In this document: positions 36,351 to 42,627 of the stretch, one piece after another
Layout: each line of letters opens with the position of its first letter
Numbering within the stretch: position 1 is the first letter of the stretch
Virus genome (UHGV): UHGV-0123675
DNA: 42,627 nucleotides
Reading direction: 5' to 3' (one strand)
Source: a virus
Made by a program: the position numbers and the translations under genes
Notes under the pieces: generated by a model
Told to the model about the DNA's origin: nothing
The model's database searches: none
Seen by the model: only the letters and a program-made list of their open reading frames with translations

Positions 36351-36934
36351 TGGCTTTTAAAATGACCGATACCAACCGCGTTATTACTATTTACAACCTT
36401 TCATCAGCAACGAATGAGTTTATCGGTAAGGGGGATGGGTTTATTCCGGCTAATACAGGCTTACCTGCGTATAGTACTGATATAGCACCGCCAAAAGTGA
36501 AGGCGGGGTTCGTTGCTGTTTTCGATATTCAGACCAATAAGTGGTCGCAAGTAGAAGACCACCGGGGAGAGACCGTTTATGACATCAGCACAGGTAGACC
36601 CACTGTTATTGAGACGCTGGGGTCCCTGCCTGATAATGTTGTATCAGTGGCTCCCGAAGGAGGATATGTTAAATGGGACGGCACACAATGGGTTCATGAT
36701 GCAGAAGCGGAAAAAGCATTTTTTCAGGGACAGGCTGCGCAGGAAAAAGCAAACCTGTTGATGATTGCAACATCTGCTATTGCTCCTCTCCAGGATGCAG
36801 TTGATCTGGACATTGCGACGGAAGACGAATCGAAAGCACTTCTTGCATGGAAAAAGTATCGTGTAATGCTTAACCGAATTAACCCCGAAGATGCTCAAAA
36901 CATCATCTGGCCTGAATCTCCATTGCCCATATAA
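36350..36934 (+). CDS. Tail fibre assembly protein (Tfa chaperone)
   Basis: 194-aa protein directly after fibre gene with conserved C-terminal IAPLQDAVDLDIATEDE...WKKYRVMLNRI tfa signature. Confidence 0.85.
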   Translation: MAFKMTDTNRVITIYNLSSATNEFIGKGDGFIPANTGLPAYSTDIAPPKVKAGFVAVFDIQTNKWSQVEDHRGETVYDISTGRPTVIETLGSLPDNVVSVAPEGGYVKWDGTQWVHDAEAEKAFFQGQAAQEKANLLMIATSAIAPLQDAVDLDIATEDESKALLAWKKYRVMLNRINPEDAQNIIWPESPLPI

Positions 36935-36950
36935 CAGACTTAAGCAAAAC

Positions 36951-36978
36951 AATGCCGGGACTGATTAGAATCGGCATT
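36951..36978. terminator. Possible hairpin terminator between convergent tfa and HtrL-like genes
   Basis: AATGCCG ... CGGCATT 7-bp inverted repeat; loop long and T-run weak. Confidence 0.3.
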
Positions 36979-36998
36979 GTTCATACCTCAATTAAAAA

Positions 36999-37856
36999 TT
37001 ATTTACCTATAAGAGAGACCTTTAATCTTCTTAATAAAGTAATTACATCTTTCCTTCCGAATAGTTTAAACAGATTAAACCAGCGGTTCTTACCCAGGTA
37101 ATTTAGTTTTATTAATTTAGGGTTGTAATGATAGCACATTATAAAAAAACCCTGATCGTCATCAACTATATTATTTCTGAGTGTTTTTATTTGGCACTGA
37201 CAAACCAGTTTGTAAAACTCTTTCCATTTCTTTTGTGTTGCTACAATTGCCCCACCAATAATATAGGAACGATTGTTAATCATGTGGTCAAAAACCTGAT
37301 GGATAGTTTTGACGGCCAAGCCTTTTTTAACTGTAAAGAAATTTACTTTGTTGCGGTCAAATGGATAGTCCCATCGAGATAACCCTCTGGTTACGTCTGC
37401 ACTGCGACAGTAACCAAAGTCAACCCATGCAACCATATCATCATTCACAAGATTTAACTCTATAGCTCTGTTTACAAAATATGTTTTCAGATTGCAAACC
37501 AGTGCATAGTCTGGGGACCAGTATTCGGGGTTTATCAACTGGCGAGTTTCAAGTTTGCTTATGAACTCGTTATCTTTTTGAATCCGCGCAATTATTTTTT
37601 TGATGTGTTGAAATTTTTTATTAATATCTAAAGCCACTACAACAGTATTTTTCCCATTTCTGATTGCTTCAATTTTTGGTTTAAGTTCACTGGATGTGAA
37701 AATGACCATGTCATTATCCAATTCAGACAGATTTTCAAAGTACTGAATATAGGTATCAGCTGTTCTCTCTAAGTGAGGAGAGAAACCTTTATTACTCGTC
37801 CAGTCTCCTCGTCCTATATCGAAAAATGCTGTAACAATGGTAATAGATGAGTTCAT
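36999..37856 (-). CDS. HtrL/YibB-family-like protein (285 aa; tentative), AT-rich cargo gene
   Basis: N-terminus SITIVTAFFDIGRGDW resembles the conserved start of HtrL/YibB-family proteins; AT-rich, minus strand downstream of tail fibre genes. Confidence 0.5.
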   Translation of the reverse strand: MNSSITIVTAFFDIGRGDWTSNKGFSPHLERTADTYIQYFENLSELDNDMVIFTSSELKPKIEAIRNGKNTVVVALDINKKFQHIKKIIARIQKDNEFISKLETRQLINPEYWSPDYALVCNLKTYFVNRAIELNLVNDDMVAWVDFGYCRSADVTRGLSRWDYPFDRNKVNFFTVKKGLAVKTIHQVFDHMINNRSYIIGGAIVATQKKWKEFYKLVCQCQIKTLRNNIVDDDQGFFIMCYHYNPKLIKLNYLGKNRWFNLFKLFGRKDVITLLRRLKVSLIGK

Positions 37857-38342
37857 TTTTAAGCAATCCGTGTTTTATACCTATCCAATAACTACAAGAA
37901 TGTTGAATACATATTTTTTTTGATATCAGTCATATGGAAACATTCTATCAGTATCAACATGAGGCGGGAAGCATCATGTGATATTAAAACTTATAAGCAA
38001 CGGATGTACAAAATAACTGGTTGTGGCAAGGGATTATTTAATGGTGAATAATTTTCATTGGTATTATTTTTCTTGAAATTGTCGCTTTGTTCTAAGATAG
38101 GATAACAATAGGTTGCTGAATCATATCAAGCAGTGTTCCTTTGCCGATATTTTGAGTAATAACGGAAATCATTAAAGATGACCTGACTGGCCAATTGATG
38201 GTGAACCGTAACGAGAGTTGCCGCAACCACACCGTATGCAAGAGCATGATTGCGGCCGACTGGCGAACGTTCGATAGTGCGAGTATTGAATGATTGCCAG
38301 TCACGGCGGATTGTACTTAAGCAATATGACGGTTCAAGGCGT

Positions 38343-38585
38343 TTAATCTGAAACCAGCCACATTTCAGCCTCTTCAAACATTTCCTGAACAGTTCGGCTT
38401 ATCTGTTCCTTCTCATGCTTGCTGGCGTCAGTGTTGATCGCCGGCAGTGTCATCATCGGTTTAACCCGGACATCAGCATCGGGGAAGATCCGGTGAACCC
38501 TCTTGGTCAGTTCGCCCAAAATGATATCTTTTGCACCGGGCAGACCATCAAAATTCCTTTTGTCATAAACGAGTTCCACGAACAT
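38343..38585 (-). CDS. dinI: DinI-family DNA-damage-inducible protein
   Basis: 80-aa protein; ELTKRVHRIFPDADVRV ... EQISRTVQEMFEEAEMWLVSD parallels E. coli DinI (ELSRRIQYAFPD ... QRISEILQETWESADDWFVSE). Confidence 0.85.
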   Translation of the reverse strand: MFVELVYDKRNFDGLPGAKDIILGELTKRVHRIFPDADVRVKPMMTLPAINTDASKHEKEQISRTVQEMFEEAEMWLVSD

Positions 38586-38600
38586 TGATTATTGCTCCTT

Positions 38601-38620
38601 TACTGGATGGATATACAGTA
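38601..38620. promoter_or_regulatory. LexA-box-like operator (SOS box) between divergent dinI-like and UmuD'-like operons
   Basis: TACTGGATGGATATACAGTA matches the consensus TACTGTATATATATACAGTA at 17 of 20 positions (CTG-N10-CAG spacing), overlapping a second palindrome ACAGTAT..ATACTGT and a TATACT -10-like hexamer. Confidence 0.6.
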
Positions 38621-38659
38621 TTTATACTGTGTTTTTATCCGGTGTTCAAGAGGGGTTAA

Positions 38660-38902
38660 ATGATGCCACGACGTAGCGATATTGAAATAGCCTGGTATGC
38701 TTCGATACAGCAAGAACCGAATGGCCGGAAGACTGTCACCACACAGCGATTTGTCCAGGAACTGAGCAAGGTTAACTGGAACTGGACGATGAAGCAGGCC
38801 AACGAATGGATCGAGTGGTATGTGACAACATTCCGCGATGTATCAACGCAGGAAGGCGAGAACCGTACTTTTCAGTTGTTCAATCCAAACGGAGGACTGT
38901 AG
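38660..38902 (+). CDS. Hypothetical protein (80 aa) co-operonic with UmuD'-like gene
   Basis: ORF with AGAGGGG RBS; stop 2 nt before the UmuD'-like start. Confidence 0.45.
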   Translation: MMPRRSDIEIAWYASIQQEPNGRKTVTTQRFVQELSKVNWNWTMKQANEWIEWYVTTFRDVSTQEGENRTFQLFNPNGGL

Positions 38903-38904
38903 CC

Positions 38905-39294
38905 ATGGGCTTTCCTTCACCTGCCAGTGATTACGTTGAAAAAAGGATTTCGCTCGATCAGCAGCTTATAAGCCAGCCATCAGCAACTTATTTCATGCGG
39001 GCATCACGTTCACATTTCAGGGAAGGAATACTACAGGGGGCGCTGCTTGTTGTGGATGCGTCACTTACTGCCTGTGATGGCTCATTGCTGATATGTGTAA
39101 TTGACGGGGAATTCAGGATCAAGAGATATCGAAAGCATCCTCAACCCCACCTAATTAATCTGGAGAACGGGAGAAGGGAGGCGCTGCCAGCAGATGATGA
39201 CGGTTACAGTTCTGCACCCGCTATATTCGGGGTGATCACGTACATCATTAATGATGCCAGGAACGCGGAGTTTGATGACTGCCCGGTGATGTGA
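38905..39294 (+). CDS. UmuD'-like protein (S24 peptidase fold, lacks the N-terminal propeptide; HumD-like)
   Basis: GFPSPASDYVEKRISLDQQLISQPSATYF ... DGEF.IK parallels E. coli UmuD residues 25 onward ([29 protein letters not shown]); start ATG 38905 with GGAGGA RBS falls exactly at the UmuD autocleavage site; the longer ORF from 38806 overlaps the upstream gene. Confidence 0.8.
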   Translation: MGFPSPASDYVEKRISLDQQLISQPSATYFMRASRSHFREGILQGALLVVDASLTACDGSLLICVIDGEFRIKRYRKHPQPHLINLENGRREALPADDDGYSSAPAIFGVITYIINDARNAEFDDCPVM

Positions 39295-39384
39295 ATAGCT
39301 GAAACTTTACGGTAAAGCCGATGTTTTGTGTCGGGGTTTTTCCCCGATAATTCCCCATTGCTTCCCCGTTCAGAGAACAGGCAT

Positions 39385-39412
39385 AAAAAACCAGCCGTAA
39401 CAGGCTGGTTCT
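39385..39412. terminator. Bidirectional rho-independent terminator (after UmuD'-like gene; on the minus strand directly 3' of the tRNA fragment)
   Basis: AAAAAA-CCAGCC-gtaaca-GGCTGG-TTCTT. Confidence 0.5.
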
Positions 39413-39423
39413 TAAGGGATTTT

Positions 39424-39470
39424 TGGTCGGCACGAGAGGATTTGAACCTCCGACCCCCGACACCCCATGA
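39424..39470 (-). other. tRNA-Pro-like 3' fragment (anticodon-arm to CCA end only), probable attachment-site relic
   Basis: Minus-strand sequence ...TCATGGGGTGTCGGGGGTCGGAGGTTCAAATCCTCTCGTGCCGACCA has a tRNA-Pro-type T-arm and acceptor 3' strand ending CCA; no complementary 5' acceptor strand or D-arm upstream, so not an intact tRNA. Confidence 0.65.
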
Positions 39471-39560
39471 TGGCAAGCTACCGTCTTAAGAGCTATTCTG
39501 CACCAGAAGCTGACGTTGCTTACATAGTGTTATGCTTGTTTATGGGAGCAAGTCACCGAT

Positions 39561-39938
39561 TTAGGCTTTTATTTTGCGATGAACACCAGCCATGAGGCTA
39601 TGCTTCTCTTCTAAATCTACGTCAGATGTCCATACAGTGTTATTGCGGCTCCTGCGAACAGAGGCAACGATCTTACGCTTAATTTCTTTTGGAGACATGT
39701 TCTTGGCTTGGCCAGCAAGAACATAGTCTCTGGATGCTTTCTCTACTGTTTTCAGTAAATTATCAGTGAGGAGTTGTCCGGCGTTACGACATCTGCGAGT
39801 GTTAAACCGCACAGCGAATCTCAGCACATCCTGATAATCAGAGCGGACAATTTCAGTTTTGAGCATCTGTTGCACACGTTTTTGGGCAGTTGTCGAGTTG
39901 CCCAAGTGTTTAACTGCCGCTAGCTTACTTGGTCTCAT
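39561..39938 (-). CDS. Hypothetical basic protein (125 aa)
   Basis: Minus-strand ORF in AT-rich island; Lys/Arg-rich; no recognised motif. Confidence 0.5.
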   Translation of the reverse strand: MRPSKLAAVKHLGNSTTAQKRVQQMLKTEIVRSDYQDVLRFAVRFNTRRCRNAGQLLTDNLLKTVEKASRDYVLAGQAKNMSPKEIKRKIVASVRRSRNNTVWTSDVDLEEKHSLMAGVHRKIKA

Positions 39939-40004
39939 ATAACCCTCCTAACATTCTTCTCATAAGTATTTTATCATAACTGTTCACAAAATACTCAGTG
40001 CGTT

Positions 40005-40586
40005 CTATCTGATCAGTTTAGTTAACAGCTTAGCCCGGGGATTATTATTCCGCTTTACTCGAGCTTTGTCTGCAGCGTTTAGGAAATAGCCAAACGATTG
40101 ATATCTATTGATAAGTTCCTTATCAGGCCGACTTATATTGACCTGGCTTATACCATATGCATCAGCGAAGCTCTCTGAAATAATCAGGGCAATCGGCATG
40201 ACGAAACCTTTCAGGGGATGGTCATTGGGATTTCCTTCGAGGTAGCGAAGGGTTATGCAGAGCCGATTTTTTGAACGCCTCCCAAGCATCAACCCGCAAA
40301 GAAATTCGCGGCATCGAATACTTACATCAATGCGCTTGGTTTGGTTACTCCTTTCCTGGCTCCAGTTGAAGTCAATAAATTGACGTTTTTCTGGCAGACG
40401 CCAACTACTACTAGCCTCTTCTGAATCTATATAATAAATATGACCCAATTTGATTTCATCAACCGGAAGTTGGCTACTAAAGTTCTCAGTAATGGAAACC
40501 ATAGCATCCGCAATTGCCATGGAATAGATTAACTCATGATTTAGCTCTTCACCGGCAGAAAGGATGCCAGCTTGTACCGACGCCAT
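40005..40586 (-). CDS. Hypothetical protein (193 aa)
   Basis: Minus-strand ORF 66 nt upstream of the 125-aa gene; no recognised motif. Confidence 0.5.
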   Translation of the reverse strand: MASVQAGILSAGEELNHELIYSMAIADAMVSITENFSSQLPVDEIKLGHIYYIDSEEASSSWRLPEKRQFIDFNWSQERSNQTKRIDVSIRCREFLCGLMLGRRSKNRLCITLRYLEGNPNDHPLKGFVMPIALIISESFADAYGISQVNISRPDKELINRYQSFGYFLNAADKARVKRNNNPRAKLLTKLIR

Positions 40587-40823
40587 ATCAACTCCCTTTT
40601 TATTATTGTTACAATAACCTGCAACTTAAAACATTTTATTGATGTATAAAGCAAACACTGATGTCAGTTCCTCGCCCAGTGCTGGCAGTAGTATTTGATT
40701 GTGTGCTGCACGAGAAAACTGTCAGATCATACCTAAACTAATACATATGTATTAACTCTTATTGGATCTGACACTGGTACGGCACAGGGCTAAAACTGAT
40801 CTTACAGGCACATCTATCCAATT

Positions 40824-41918
40824 TCAGTCATTAAGGTACTTAGTATTCCCTTCACAAAATCCACAGCCAACCAGTCCACTCATTTCACTAACTGATGTAG
40901 AGCTTCCACCACAGTAGCCGCAAGTACTGATTGAATCATGAAAAACAAGGCAGTTCGTGCACAGATATCCACCTCCGTACTCACATACCGTCTCATAGCC
41001 GTCACAATCGGAACAACTTGCTGGAAGGCCTGAATAACTAATATCTTCTGGTTTGCCGACCCATTCATCCAGCAAATCGTATCTGGATGATGAGTAATTG
41101 CAGTTGTTGCAATTGAAATTCGTTTCACCGGTAGCGTTCAGATCCTGCCTTACTCCGCAACTAGGGCATGTAACTTCGACATAAGGATCAGATCTGCAGC
41201 CGCAGACTAAGCAATTTGCTTCGTGAAGAGTATTTCCTCTCTCCTCATTGATGGATATATCAACGGCAGCATTTTTACTGCAAGCACGACAGTTTGAGAT
41301 CGTGCATCCCTGTTTTCTGAGATCATCGAGTGTAGGCTGTAAATAACGAAATTTTGCATTAGCATAAAACAACGAACTTTCGAGCATACGATCCTCATCT
41401 GATGCCAACTTTGAGTTTAGAGGTTCTCCAAAAAGATAGAACCACTGATCACGCATAAAACGGTTAAGCGCAAACCAAGCGTCAGCCTGTTCATCAAGGA
41501 TTGTCTTCACCTGAGTGTCGGTAAAGTCGGAATGATAAAAATGAACCACACGGTTGCGGTGGTCTTTAACTTTTTTGAATACAGCGATGGTTTCTTTCGG
41601 TAGGGGATTTTGAAGTACATCACCTAACCGCTGACAGGTTTCATCGTATGTGACCGACTGGAAATCACCGGCAAGGTATTTTGCGCGCTCAATTTTCCTC
41701 CCGGAGCACACCAGACTCCAGTGTTCGTGTACTAGCGGCACTTTCAGCATGATCTCTACCGCGGTCCAGAAACTGACAATCGAAAATTTTGGCTTGGAAG
41801 CCTCTAGTTCTTCGCGTGCCTTATCTAGAAACTCCAGACCGTTGTTGATCAGAGCTTGAACGTCTTTAGATACAAACGATTCGTCATTGTACTGGAAGCT
41901 GTATTTTTTATTTTTCAT
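40824..41918 (-). CDS. Hypothetical protein (364 aa) with HEPN-like RNxxxH motif and Cys-rich (multi-CxxC) C-terminal region
   Basis: N-terminal helical region contains KDHRNRVVHFYH (R-N-x3-H); C-terminal ~150 aa contains at least ten CxxC/CxC pairs suggestive of several zinc ribbons. Confidence 0.55.
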   Translation of the reverse strand: MKNKKYSFQYNDESFVSKDVQALINNGLEFLDKAREELEASKPKFSIVSFWTAVEIMLKVPLVHEHWSLVCSGRKIERAKYLAGDFQSVTYDETCQRLGDVLQNPLPKETIAVFKKVKDHRNRVVHFYHSDFTDTQVKTILDEQADAWFALNRFMRDQWFYLFGEPLNSKLASDEDRMLESSLFYANAKFRYLQPTLDDLRKQGCTISNCRACSKNAAVDISINEERGNTLHEANCLVCGCRSDPYVEVTCPSCGVRQDLNATGETNFNCNNCNYSSSRYDLLDEWVGKPEDISYSGLPASCSDCDGYETVCEYGGGYLCTNCLVFHDSISTCGYCGGSSTSVSEMSGLVGCGFCEGNTKYLND

Positions 41919-42409
41919 GGCTATATAACCTGTTTATTCATCCGGTACCCATTGTAAATGCCCTACTTAAACGGAGCACTAATTTTTAGAAATCTTCCAG
42001 CTGGCTGATTATATCTTGGACTAGCCCCATTTGACTAATACACCTGTGTGCTGCGTCCATCAGTTGAACTCACAGCTCCTAGCGGACATTCGCAACATTA
42101 AATTCTTCACCATTTAGATTGTCTAATAGTGATAACCTTTTGAATAATCAAGAGTGACAATATTAAATTATTGGCGAAAAGATGATGTAACGTATTGATA
42201 AAGCATGATAACACGCATGATTTAAAATCCCTTTATCGTGAAAGGGCTGATAGGTACAGGCACTTGTTTTTGCCCTATATAACGGTTATCAAAATCCAAA
42301 AACACACATTGATAATCAATCGGTTAGGGGAATGCTGCAAACTAGTTGATTTACAATAAAATTATAGAATTATTTTTATTTATCATGTGGTTGTATATGA
42401 AGCATCTAA

Positions 42410-42577
42410 CTACTGCTGCGCCACATGGGTTGGGTCGAAGCGGCTGACCTGATCGTTAAAGGTATGGAAGGCGCGATCAACGCCAAGACCGTAACCTATG
42501 ACTTCGAACGTCTGATGGATGGCGCTAAACTGCTGAAATGTTCAGAGTTTGGTGACGCGATCATCGAAAACATGTAA
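42410..42577 (+). pseudogene. icd: 3' fragment of isocitrate dehydrogenase gene (icd), attachment-site duplicate
   Basis: Translation [54 protein letters not shown]-stop matches the Icd C-terminus; an in-frame TAA lies immediately upstream and the preceding DNA is unrelated AT-rich sequence. Confidence 0.8.
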
Positions 42578-42599
42578 TCCAGATTCTGGGTTGTGTGAG

Positions 42600-42627
42600 A
42601 ACGGGAGCCGAGAGGTTCCCGTTTTTT
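42600..42627 (+). terminator. Rho-independent terminator downstream of the icd 3' end
   Basis: AACGGGA-gccgagaggt-TCCCGTT followed by TTTTT. Confidence 0.6.

Larger units (their letters stand above)
1..42577. mobile_element. Integrated temperate prophage (lambda-like lysogeny/head modules, P2-like contractile tail) with cargo islands; right boundary at icd 3' fragment, left boundary not resolved in window
   Basis: Contiguous int/xis, CI/cro, replication, Q, lysis, terminase, portal, capsid, tail sheath/tube/baseplate/fibre genes in canonical order; icd 3' duplicate at 42410-42577. Confidence 0.75.

Noticed and set aside
38092-38377. Minus-strand ORFs downstream of dinI (70 and 83 aa)
   Set aside because: They overlap each other and the dinI 3' end, lie in AT-rich promoter-like DNA of the HtrL-like gene, and have no RBS. 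Probably non-coding.
38806-39294. Longer 162-aa version of the UmuD-like ORF
   Set aside because: The extension overlaps the upstream 80-aa gene in another frame and has no RBS. ATG 38905 has a GGAGGA RBS and coincides with the UmuD' N-terminus.
39424-39510. Possible intact tRNA gene on the minus strand
   Set aside because: Only the T-arm and 3' acceptor strand with CCA are present. The sequence 5' of the anticodon region has no complementary acceptor strand (CGGCACG) or D-arm, so it is a 3' fragment, not a functional tRNA.
42300-42577. Intact icd gene at the right edge
   Set aside because: Icd-like translation begins only at about 42410, directly after an in-frame TAA, and the upstream DNA is unrelated AT-rich sequence. 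This is a 3' fragment.

Overview
The window is almost entirely one integrated temperate phage, probably in an enterobacterial host, reading left to right as cargo, lysogeny, replication, lysis, head, tail and att-distal cargo. Nothing here was searched against a database; every call rests on reading the translated ORFs and the DNA by eye. The layout is: (1) two AT-rich cargo genes at 50-1604; (2) a lambda-like lysogeny module (int/xis overlapping, CI repressor, divergent cro-like gene with palindromic operators, CII-like regulator); (3) a replication/nin-like region (O-like initiator with internal iterons, Dam-like methyltransferase fusion, RusA, Rha antirepressor, DUF968-like protein, antiterminator Q); (4) an AT-rich moron between Q and the lysis genes carrying a minus-strand two-gene operon, two small plus-strand genes and a disrupted DNA methyltransferase; (5) a lysis cassette (holin, GH19-type endolysin, Rz with embedded Rz1); (6) a single AT-rich minus-strand gene; (7) lambda-like packaging and head genes (terS, terL, gpW, portal, fused protease-capsid protein); (8) a P2-like contractile tail module (spike, sheath, tube, chaperone with apparent -1 frameshift, tape measure, U, X, D, W, J, I, tail fibre, tail-fibre assembly); (9) an HtrL-like gene, then an SOS-type module (dinI-like, LexA-box-like palindrome, UmuD'-like gene); (10) a tRNA-Pro-like 3' fragment, three AT-rich minus-strand genes, and a terminal icd 3' fragment with terminator that looks like the attR scar of an icd-integrated, e14-like element. 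The best candidates for an undescribed system are the three-gene island at 39561-41918 (first protein has a HEPN-like RNxxxH motif and a Cys-rich C-terminus), the minus-strand pair at 10467-12182 (soluble protein plus 4-TM protein), and the pair at 50-1604 next to the integrase. None of these three could be assigned a function from sequence alone.
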